Positions 28,198-36,160 of a stretch of DNA of 51,299 nucleotides are shown in pieces. Origin of the DNA: Escherichia phage vB_EcoS-G3B1. The notes below the pieces were generated by a model that was given only the letters and a program-made list of their open reading frames with translations, had not been told where the DNA came from and made no database searches. The stretch lies in sequence record MZ234033.1. One strand, given 5' to 3'. The position numbers and the translations under genes are program-made. Position 1 is the stretch's first letter, and the number at the start of each line of letters is the position of its first letter.

Positions 28198-28466
28198 TAA
28201 TTACACCTCAAATCAATAAATTTACTTTCATTTTGCCAACGGTTGATAAATTTAACTTCTTTATTGTCAACGCTCAACCTGTATTGCTTTTGGCTGAATC
28301 TGTTTTCGCGGACTGCATTAATTTTGACTTCATGGAATCCGTTAACAGGGAATGTTTTAACGTTAAATTTTGCCGTGCAATCGATCTCCTTGAAGTTGCC
28401 AGTAGGCGACGCTGCGCATCCTGTCAGAGCGGCTACAGTGGCGATAACTGCGATTAACTTTTTCAT
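28197..28466 (-). CDS. Cor-like outer-membrane lipoprotein (candidate superinfection exclusion)
   Basis: Signal peptide with lipobox LTGC (MKKLIAVIATVAALTGC), 89 aa, located by receptor-binding module. Confidence 0.6.
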   Translation of the reverse strand: MKKLIAVIATVAALTGCAASPTGNFKEIDCTAKFNVKTFPVNGFHEVKINAVRENRFSQKQYRLSVDNKEVKFINRWQNESKFIDLRCN

Positions 28467-28496
28467 CTTTATATCTCCTTAGTTGTTGTTGTTTTC

Positions 28497-28542
28497 AACT
28501 ATACACGATCTTGGGCATCGCGTTTAGCAAAAAGTGCTATTT
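28497..28542 (-). promoter_or_regulatory. Cassette motif (minus orientation) with TATAGT -10-like element for lipoprotein operon
   Basis: Minus-strand reading CAAATAGCACTTTTTGCTAAAC...TATAGT...AAGGAG ATG. Confidence 0.5.
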
Positions 28543-28967
28543 GTTATTTTTTGTTTTCCGGTGTTATCGAATTTAAGACGGCGTAAATTTAGCGCAAAAT
28601 TTAGACAACATAAGATCAATAAACAATCAATAAAATAGATATATACATATAAAATCAATAGTTTATTTATTTATGTATGTATATTTGTTTTTTCTTGTTA
28701 TCTGCGTTTCTTGTGGTTTTGGTTGTTTGTGGTGATTTTTCTTTCTGAGTATCTGTATGTGCCATCATTCATGTGTATGTATATAATCCGGCGTATCTGA
28801 GAGAACATGGTAACAAGAAAAATAACACACATTAATCATTAACTTATGAGTCAAATCTGTTTTCTTGCCATCTGAGAACGTTTAGAAAACAGAAAAAACA
28901 AAACAGCTATTGACTAAATCAACCAAATGGCTACAATGCACGCATAAAGCAACAAGGAGCATTAAAG
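28543..28967. promoter_or_regulatory. AT-rich divergent intergenic island with ATCAATA repeats, GT-rich tract and promoter-like TTGACT-N17-TACAAT
   Basis: About 425 bp with no credible ORF; paralogous blocks shared with 49473-50084. Confidence 0.5.
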
Positions 28968-30023
28968 ATGAGTGATTTTAACGCCTACACTAGCGAAGAA
29001 ATGAGCAACGAGCTTTATCATGATCCTAACGCGTGGACTGCTGAATATGTCAGCGGTTCCAGCCTAGCGGAGATTTACAGCACTTGCCCGGCGTACTGGA
29101 AGTACAAGCCGCGCCAGGAAACTAAGGCACTTGTTTTCGGTACGCAGTCGCATACCAACTTTGAAAGCAAGGAGCTATTCGAAAAAACATATCGCCGCGC
29201 ACCGTCGCAGGATGATTTTAAAGATCTGATCACTAGTCAAACGGCGTTAGCATCAAAGCTGAAATCTTTTGGCCTGAAAGGTACAACGGGTAAACAATAC
29301 CCTGAATTACTGGAAATGCTGTACAAGTGCGGCGAGGATCTCAATGTGTGGTGGCTTATCGAAATGATGGCAGAATGCCAGGCCGCAGCGGACGGAGTGC
29401 AGTTAATAGACGCTAAAGATTATGATGCCTGTGTAGCGATGCGGCGCGTACTTGAGGCCATACCGGAGCATAACGCTTGCATGAACAGCCCAACCGCGCA
29501 GCGTGAAATGTCAATATTTGGGATCATCAACGGCGTAAAAGTAAAAGTGCGTCTTGATCACGTTGACGTAAACAAGGATGTAAAGGCAACAATCATTAAC
29601 GGTTACGACGAAAAAGGCAGGCCGATTTATGAAGAAGTCACCTATCCAGAAGCGGTGATTATCACTGACTACAAAACAACGGTTAGCGCAAATCCGGTTG
29701 ACTTCCAGCGCCTGGCTTACAATCACGGCTATTATCTTAAAATGGCTTTGCAACATGACTTATTCAAAAAGGCTTATCCAGACGAGGAAAGGCCAGTAAT
29801 TGTAAGATTGCTTGCGCAGGAGAAGAAAGAGCCTTACTTGCCGCTTGCTTTCCGCATGAATATTGAGCAATTGAAGATCGGGCGCATCCAGTACATGAGC
29901 GTGATCAACAAGTTCAACGTTTGCCAGCAGTTAGACGAATGGCCTTCGTATGCAAACGGGCAACCGGAAATTGATCTTGATACTCCTGATTGGGTTCGTG
30001 CTCAATTCAGGCATTATCTTTGA
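28968..30023 (+). CDS. Exonuclease (RecE/PD-(D/E)XK-like, putative)
   Basis: 351 aa first gene of recombination module; IITDYK motif; followed by Erf and SSB genes. Confidence 0.45.
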   Translation: MSDFNAYTSEEMSNELYHDPNAWTAEYVSGSSLAEIYSTCPAYWKYKPRQETKALVFGTQSHTNFESKELFEKTYRRAPSQDDFKDLITSQTALASKLKSFGLKGTTGKQYPELLEMLYKCGEDLNVWWLIEMMAECQAAADGVQLIDAKDYDACVAMRRVLEAIPEHNACMNSPTAQREMSIFGIINGVKVKVRLDHVDVNKDVKATIINGYDEKGRPIYEEVTYPEAVIITDYKTTVSANPVDFQRLAYNHGYYLKMALQHDLFKKAYPDEERPVIVRLLAQEKKEPYLPLAFRMNIEQLKIGRIQYMSVINKFNVCQQLDEWPSYANGQPEIDLDTPDWVRAQFRHYL

Positions 30024-30098
30024 TAAACTAAACAAATAGCTAAACTTTTATAATGGTTGGTGATATAATTCGCCAACCAGATAACGGGAGAATGAGAA

Positions 30099-30356
30099 AT
30101 GACAGACAAAGACAATGCCACATTATTGCATTTAGAACGATTCATTGATCGAGTAACCATTGCAATGAAAGAATTTATTAAGCCGATGAACATTAAAGAG
30201 TCGGAAGAAATGAAGACTTACATCAAGGACGTGGTTGCATCCATTGACAACGTTATCCTTGTTGCAACGATGAGCAAGGGAAACAAAGAGCGCGAGAGGT
30301 TGGTTGCTGAATCAACAGAAGAATTTATTAAAATGCTTGAAAGCGAGAAGGAATAA
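30099..30356 (+). CDS. Hypothetical protein (85 aa)
   Basis: RBS GGGAGAATGAGAA; between exonuclease and Erf genes. Confidence 0.5.
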   Translation: MTDKDNATLLHLERFIDRVTIAMKEFIKPMNIKESEEMKTYIKDVVASIDNVILVATMSKGNKERERLVAESTEEFIKMLESEKE

Positions 30357-31013
<657 letters not shown>

Positions 31014-31018
31014 TAAAC

Positions 31019-31038
31019 GGGGCGCTTGCGCCCCTTTT
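31019..31038 (+). terminator. Hairpin plus short T-run
   Basis: GGGGCGCTTGCGCCCC then TTTT. Confidence 0.4.
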
Positions 31039-31056
31039 GTCATAGGAGAAAACAAA

Positions 31057-31515
31057 ATGCACGTTATTACAGGTGAGATTCGAAAAGAGCCAAAAGTAAA
31101 GCAAATGCCTAACGGCAGCACGCTATATGTTATTGAGCTTTCCGAACGATACAAAGACCGAGAAGGAAATTGGCAGTATACAAACTATGTGTTTTTCTTT
31201 AACGCGAAAACAGACGGCCTGAATGGTTGGTATGCCGAGGCGTTCCAGGTAGGCAAGGTTGTTTCTGTTTCCTGCGATACCTTGCGAGTTGAAACGCGAG
31301 AATACAACGGAAAGATTTACAGCACCGTGCAGCCTGGCGGATTTGCAAACTTGCTATTTAGCCAGAGAGGTGAAAGCCAGCAACAATATCAGCAGCGAAC
31401 GCAAGGAGGCTGGTGGCAACCACAACAGCAACAGCAACAGCAACAAAATACTCAACAGCAGCCGCAGCAAAGCAATCAGCCTCCGATTGACTTTGACGAC
31501 GATATACCATTCTGA
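31057..31515 (+). CDS. ssb: Single-stranded DNA-binding protein
   Basis: Gln-rich tail and acidic C-terminal tip DFDDDIPF characteristic of SSB; RBS AGGAGAAAACAAA. Confidence 0.8.
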   Translation: MHVITGEIRKEPKVKQMPNGSTLYVIELSERYKDREGNWQYTNYVFFFNAKTDGLNGWYAEAFQVGKVVSVSCDTLRVETREYNGKIYSTVQPGGFANLLFSQRGESQQQYQQRTQGGWWQPQQQQQQQQNTQQQPQQSNQPPIDFDDDIPF

Positions 31516-31524
31516 TAACAAAAA

Positions 31525-31549
31525 GCCCCGCATATGCGGGGCATTTTTT
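31525..31549. terminator. Bidirectional intrinsic terminator
   Basis: A-run, hairpin GCCCCGCATATGCGGGGC, T-run; between convergent ssb and fibre genes. Confidence 0.65.
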
Positions 31550-32222
31550 AGTCTAACGTGGTTGGTTTGTTTACCAGTGCCGCTACAACCGCTTTTAGCT
31601 CGTCAATTTCTTTTCTCATCTCATCGTTTTCCGCTTTCAGTTTCTTAACGTGGTGAATCAGTGGAACAGTGAGGCGGTCATACATAACGCCTTCCGCCAC
31701 CATGCCATTACTTGAAGCAATGGCAGGATCTTCTCCTTCTTGCAGCGGTCGCCAGTGAACGTACTCCGGCGCAATTTCTCCAACCTCTTCCGCGATTAGC
31801 CCGTACCATCCCCAATCTTTACGGTCGCTTTCACAAGTTGACCGATACCAAACAGGACGCATTTCAAGCATCAGATCCGCATATTCATCAATAACCGATT
31901 CTACGCTGCGCTTATAACGAGAAGAGGAAGTGGAGCGTAAAACTTGCGAAACTCCAGCATTTGGATCAAGCCATAAGTTTGCTGATTGAGCGGTTGTGTT
32001 AAGATTAAATAAATAAAATGCATCTTTACCAGTTAGGGGGTAAAAACTCCCACTATACCTTCCGCTACCCAACTCGGATGATAGATCAGTTTGTTTTAGA
32101 TACAACTTCAACTTATTGTCAACATCAGTAGTTGATGCTTTTCCTGCAACATCCTGTTTTAGTGTTGAAACGTCATTTTTCAGCTTCGTTATATCACTAG
32201 GTATAACAGTGACTGTAGCCAT
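31548..32222 (-). CDS. Short tail fibre-like protein with C-terminal S74-type intramolecular chaperone domain
   Basis: C-terminal segment SDRKDWGWYGLIAEEVGEIAPEYV...LKAENDEMRKEIDELK resembles self-cleaving chaperone domains of phage fibres; RBS AAGGAG. Confidence 0.5.
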   Translation of the reverse strand: MATVTVIPSDITKLKNDVSTLKQDVAGKASTTDVDNKLKLYLKQTDLSSELGSGRYSGSFYPLTGKDAFYLFNLNTTAQSANLWLDPNAGVSQVLRSTSSSRYKRSVESVIDEYADLMLEMRPVWYRSTCESDRKDWGWYGLIAEEVGEIAPEYVHWRPLQEGEDPAIASSNGMVAEGVMYDRLTVPLIHHVKKLKAENDEMRKEIDELKAVVAALVNKPTTLD

Positions 32223-32234
32223 TTTCCTAACTCC

Positions 32235-32513
32235 TTAAGCCCATTCTCTAATAGGCTGATCTAACTCAACCACGTATCCATTAAAAATTACGGCATCAAA
32301 CTTATCATCAATGATTCGCACATTAACGAAATAGCCGTCGTTCTTTCGCGCAATCTCCTCGCCATCGTCAGTTCGTGCAATTACTGTATAAGTATTGCCG
32401 ATTACATCGAGCAGGATTGCATCCTGAATGGATTCGTTATCATCCCAATTAATTTTTCCTAAAAAGGCCGAAAACTCGGCCTTGTCTGAAAATTTTAATG
32501 TTAAATCACGCAT
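32235..32513 (-). CDS. Hypothetical protein downstream of tail fibre (92 aa)
   Basis: Start overlaps tail fibre stop. Confidence 0.45.
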   Translation of the reverse strand: MRDLTLKFSDKAEFSAFLGKINWDDNESIQDAILLDVIGNTYTVIARTDDGEEIARKNDGYFVNVRIIDDKFDAVIFNGYVVELDQPIREWA

Positions 32514-34504
32514 TAAACAATTTCCCCCAATTGATGATCTGTTAGTGCCTTGTGCCAGATTCGCAAGTTCTTGACGTGTCCGAACAAGTGCCTGTTACCA
32601 GATGCAGACTGTCCGCCAATATTTATGTTTCCTGCAATGTATCGTTGCTTAGTCCACAATGAAGGAGACTCACTGCCAAGAACGCCATCAACTACAACTT
32701 GTAATTTTTTTTCTTCCGTAAATATGAATCCAGCAACAAACTTATTCTTAACTCTATCCCCATATGCTTTATATTCAGTTTTGCTACCTTTGCCGTTAGT
32801 GATTATCAACCTTCTTCCTCCGCTTGTTAAACCAAAATACATGTAACTCTCGTCTTGTATTTCAGTTGTAGATCCAGTAATTGATACATTTAGAAGTCTT
32901 GCTGATCCTTCTATGTTTGGCATTTTATTTACAGCGCCCCAATTAACATTAACCTCCATCAATGCGCATATAGGCGGAGTCGCCCAGTTCATAGGAATTG
33001 GAATGAGCACAATATCGCTAGCTCTTGTTGTTGGTGATCCTTCTGTTATTATGAATGATGATGCACACGAGCCAACCTCAATCTGAGGGGTTGTAAGATC
33101 CATAAAGCTAGTTTCATCAAGAATACCACCACCTGTTTTGTTGGCAATTGTAATAACACCTCTAACATGAGTTGTTTCATCTGTTATTTTATACACAACC
33201 TCTACAAAAACCCACTCACCAACACGAACAGCATTTTTTGCAACAATATTTTCTATATCGCCACCGGACAAATGAATACCTAGACTATCGCAATCAATGT
33301 ATGCAATTGCTACAGCAGATAGAGGATCGCCCTTATCAAATCTTGCACCAAATCTAACATTATTCCCTTTCGCTCTGAAAGATATAGTTACCATATCATT
33401 TTTTACAACTGGTATTTTATTTGGTGTCAGTCCTGCAATGACAGTATATGCACCAGTACCACCAGAAAATTCTCCTGGCTTGAATGTTGCATATTTAAAG
33501 CCTAATGGATCGGTCTTTGTTTTGCTTATTTCAAGCCCTGGGTTTGGATTCCATAACTCCGGTGAGTTTGAATTTATGAAATAGTTAGTTCTCTGACCTT
33601 CGATCAGTAAACCATCCCTTTCAAATCGAGGTTCATCAACATCTGCAATAGTAAGCACGCCAGCTTTATTTATGTAAGTTGCACCGGATGCGCGCTTAAA
33701 GTTGACAACCTTATCTGATGGCATTGTGATCACATCATCGCCAACAGTTATTTTTTTGTAACCAGGAGCAAAGCCGGTGATCATATCCAGGGAATCATTA
33801 AACGGTATCCACACGTCCGGCAACGGTTGCAATAAATCTTTGTAAGGTTCTGCGGCCTGCTTTGCGTATTCCTCCGCTTGATCTCGCGCGCTTTCAGCGC
33901 CTGCCTTTGCAGTGTTCGCAGCATCACGCGCAGTTTCAGCGCCTTCTCTTGCTGTTTCAGCGCCAGTCTTTGCAGTGTTTGCAGCGTCGCGCGCGGATTC
34001 AGCGGCAGCCTTTGCAGTATCAGCACCTTTCTTGCTATTCGCTGCATTTGTTGCGCTTGTCTTCGCGTTATTCTCGCTGGTTTTAGCTGCCTGCTGGCTT
34101 GCTGCTGCTGCGTCAGCATTTGTCTTTACGTCTTCCTGGATCTTCTGTAGCTTATCCCAATCAAAATCCTTGATGATCTCAATAAATCCAGCAAACTCAG
34201 ATTCCTTCCCCTGGTAATAACGCAGCGTTTCCGCTACGTCTTGCGCAAGACCGTCAACCGTTAACGAGTCATGAAGCAAGATCAGGTAATTTGTCTTCTG
34301 TACTACCGCGCCGCCAGTAGTAATTGCGCGAATGCTTGTATCGCTAATCACTTCAGTAATCACAGCAGCTTGCAAAGGTTGAGAAAGAAAGAAAATAGTT
34401 GCACCTGGGCGAATCAAGGTTAATTGCTCACGCCATTTTGTACCGTAACCAGTTACATAACCTTGCGCGTCCATAGACGCTTGGCCTTGTCTGTAAATCG
34501 CCAT
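32513..34504 (-). CDS. Side tail fibre protein with Ala-rich tandem repeats
   Basis: 663 aa; N-terminal MAIYRQGQA; repeat block AKTSATNAANSKKGADTAKAAAESARDAANTAKTGAETAREGAETARDAANTAKAGAESARD. Confidence 0.7.
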   Translation of the reverse strand: MAIYRQGQASMDAQGYVTGYGTKWREQLTLIRPGATIFFLSQPLQAAVITEVISDTSIRAITTGGAVVQKTNYLILLHDSLTVDGLAQDVAETLRYYQGKESEFAGFIEIIKDFDWDKLQKIQEDVKTNADAAAASQQAAKTSENNAKTSATNAANSKKGADTAKAAAESARDAANTAKTGAETAREGAETARDAANTAKAGAESARDQAEEYAKQAAEPYKDLLQPLPDVWIPFNDSLDMITGFAPGYKKITVGDDVITMPSDKVVNFKRASGATYINKAGVLTIADVDEPRFERDGLLIEGQRTNYFINSNSPELWNPNPGLEISKTKTDPLGFKYATFKPGEFSGGTGAYTVIAGLTPNKIPVVKNDMVTISFRAKGNNVRFGARFDKGDPLSAVAIAYIDCDSLGIHLSGGDIENIVAKNAVRVGEWVFVEVVYKITDETTHVRGVITIANKTGGGILDETSFMDLTTPQIEVGSCASSFIITEGSPTTRASDIVLIPIPMNWATPPICALMEVNVNWGAVNKMPNIEGSARLLNVSITGSTTEIQDESYMYFGLTSGGRRLIITNGKGSKTEYKAYGDRVKNKFVAGFIFTEEKKLQVVVDGVLGSESPSLWTKQRYIAGNINIGGQSASGNRHLFGHVKNLRIWHKALTDHQLGEIV

Positions 34505-34520
34505 TTTGTAAAATCCTCCT

Positions 34521-34537
34521 AAATAGCACTTTTTGCC
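34521..34537 (-). promoter_or_regulatory. Inverted cassette motif abutting RBS of tail fibre gene
   Basis: Minus-strand reading GGCAAAAAGTGCTATTTAGGAGG...ATG. Confidence 0.5.
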
Positions 34538-34570
34538 AATGACAATTCAGATAATAGCATTTTTAAATGC

Positions 34571-34596
34571 AAAAAAAAACCCCGCATAAGCGGGGC
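34571..34596 (-). terminator. Rho-independent terminator for minus-strand primase transcript
   Basis: Hairpin CCCCGCATAAGCGGGG with A9 on + strand (T-run on minus). Confidence 0.6.
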
Positions 34597-34611
34597 AATA
34601 CTAGCGGAGTT

Positions 34612-35541
34612 TTATAGCAGTGATTCAGGCTTGTAGAGTTTTCTTTCTACGCCCTGTTTAAAATTATCGTTAACAGGCATCATTATGTCAAGCCCTCTTT
34701 CCTCTGCCGCGATTATCACATCACGATCATCTTTCCGGCAGACTACGCGCATTCTTCTTTCTCCTTTATATCTATGCGCAACCATTTCAAGATTTGAAGG
34801 AGTAAAACAGGCCCACACCTCTTGACCAGTTGATAAATGAACATGCTGAGAATCAATCCAATCAAGGCACAAATAGATCGTCTTATCTGTACTACCTGTT
34901 TTAACAACAGATCCGCGCGTGTAGTCGCGAGCTAAAAACCAATCCTTTCCATCCTCATCAATGAAAAGCACGTTACACATTTCATCATCCAGCCCGTCAT
35001 CATGCACCAGGTGACAAGGTAGCGCGTGAATGTATCGACCATCCTTGACGCCGCAATCATAATGACAATCTTCCGGCGGATATATCCCCTCATAAACGCT
35101 TAAAGGTGTGCGATCGAATTTTAATGTTTTTGCCATCACTTTTTCGCAACATTCATGACTTGCCTGTTTCCCGAACGAGTAACCAGAAGAACGCGAAGCG
35201 CGTTTGTTTGCTCTGATCCTGTAATCTTGTGGCACTTTTCCGAGGAAGCGGCCCAAAATGTTGATGGCCTCGCTGTAAGGTTCGCCAGTTAATTTCATTA
35301 ACCAACCGATCCCCGTGTCGTTGCCGCACACGTTGCAGATCGCGCCGCCGTCGCCCTCTTCATTTAGCTTATCAGTCCATCTAAAACGATCCTTACCGCC
35401 GCAGTGTGGGCAAGGTTGATGCTTTTTGTTGAAAACATCGCTATGCAGTCCGCAAATGCTTTGTAGTGCTTCACGCCATAACCCCTTCATATATGGCAAA
35501 ACATCTTCTTTCTGATAGGTCATAAAGTTTTCAGTATTCAT
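34612..35541 (-). CDS. DNA primase (zinc-finger containing, putative)
   Basis: CPHCGG...CNVCG zinc-binding motif; RBS GAGG before ATG at 35541 (ORF-track start trimmed). Confidence 0.5.
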   Translation of the reverse strand: MNTENFMTYQKEDVLPYMKGLWREALQSICGLHSDVFNKKHQPCPHCGGKDRFRWTDKLNEEGDGGAICNVCGNDTGIGWLMKLTGEPYSEAINILGRFLGKVPQDYRIRANKRASRSSGYSFGKQASHECCEKVMAKTLKFDRTPLSVYEGIYPPEDCHYDCGVKDGRYIHALPCHLVHDDGLDDEMCNVLFIDEDGKDWFLARDYTRGSVVKTGSTDKTIYLCLDWIDSQHVHLSTGQEVWACFTPSNLEMVAHRYKGERRMRVVCRKDDRDVIIAAEERGLDIMMPVNDNFKQGVERKLYKPESLL

Positions 35542-35553
35542 GGCAAACCTCAA

Positions 35554-35590
35554 TAAAAAAGCCCAGCAAATATTATCATTTCGCTGGGCC
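35554..35590 (-). terminator. Hairpin plus T-run between HTH gene and primase (possible attenuator)
   Basis: Minus-strand GCCCAGCGAAATGATAATATTTGCTGGGC then TTTTTT. Confidence 0.4.
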
Positions 35591-35596
35591 TTATCA

Positions 35597-36073
35597 TTAG
35601 CTATTCGTGCTGTTATCACCTTTGTAGAATCGTCCGCCTGGTTCGTAGTCTGAATTTTTGACTACGCGCAACATATCGTATTTGTCGCAACGGGTAGTAA
35701 GAGGCTTACCGTTAGAATCAAACCGCAGATCTGGACGACAAAATGATGCGCGGTATCCTTTGCATCCATTATATTTGTAGTCGTTATGCACCTTTTGTGC
35801 TCCAGCGGCTGAAATCATACCACGCTTTCGCCACTGGTTAACGACTTGCTGAGATACGCGCAGACGTCGAGCCATAGCAGGAACGCCGCCGTAATACTCG
35901 ATCAGAATGTCAAGGCGAGATTTCAGGCTTGCTTTTACCTCATCTCGCAGGATAAGAAATCCGGTTCGGTGTTTTCGTGGTTTTTTGTCTTTACCTCGTC
36001 GCGTTCCGTTGTTACCGTTAATAGTGCGCTTGTCGATCTCACCCGTAGATACTGCAATTCGTGCATCTTTCAT
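35597..36073 (-). CDS. HTH DNA-binding protein (Cro/CI-type-like)
   Basis: Segment GGVPAMARRLRVSQQVVNQWRKRG typical of helix-turn-helix; 158 aa. Confidence 0.45.
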   Translation of the reverse strand: MKDARIAVSTGEIDKRTINGNNGTRRGKDKKPRKHRTGFLILRDEVKASLKSRLDILIEYYGGVPAMARRLRVSQQVVNQWRKRGMISAAGAQKVHNDYKYNGCKGYRASFCRPDLRFDSNGKPLTTRCDKYDMLRVVKNSDYEPGGRFYKGDNSTNS

Positions 36074-36084
36074 CTAGTCACCTC

Positions 36085-36160
36085 ATAGCATTTTTTGTTA
36101 AAACAGTTTATTGTAATGAGTCTATTATATACTCCAAATGGCATTTTTTAAAGGTTTAAG
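36085..36160 (+). promoter_or_regulatory. Divergent regulatory region: cassette motif variant (ATAGCATTTTTTGTTAAAAC) serving helicase (+) and abutting RBS of HTH gene (-)
   Basis: Motif lies 11 bp from the HTH gene start and about 55 bp upstream of helicase ATG with TATTATAT -10-like element. Confidence 0.45.

Noticed and set aside
28176-28482. Plus-strand ORFs 28176..28457 and 28243..28482 overlapping the lipoprotein gene
   Set aside because: Antisense to a gene with clear signal peptide and RBS; no translation signals.
33781-34217. Cluster of overlapping ORFs on both strands (33781..34119 -, 33862..34086 +, 33878..34150 +, 33912..34217 +)
   Set aside because: Artifacts of the GC-rich Ala-codon repeats within the tail fibre gene; low-complexity products in alternative frames.
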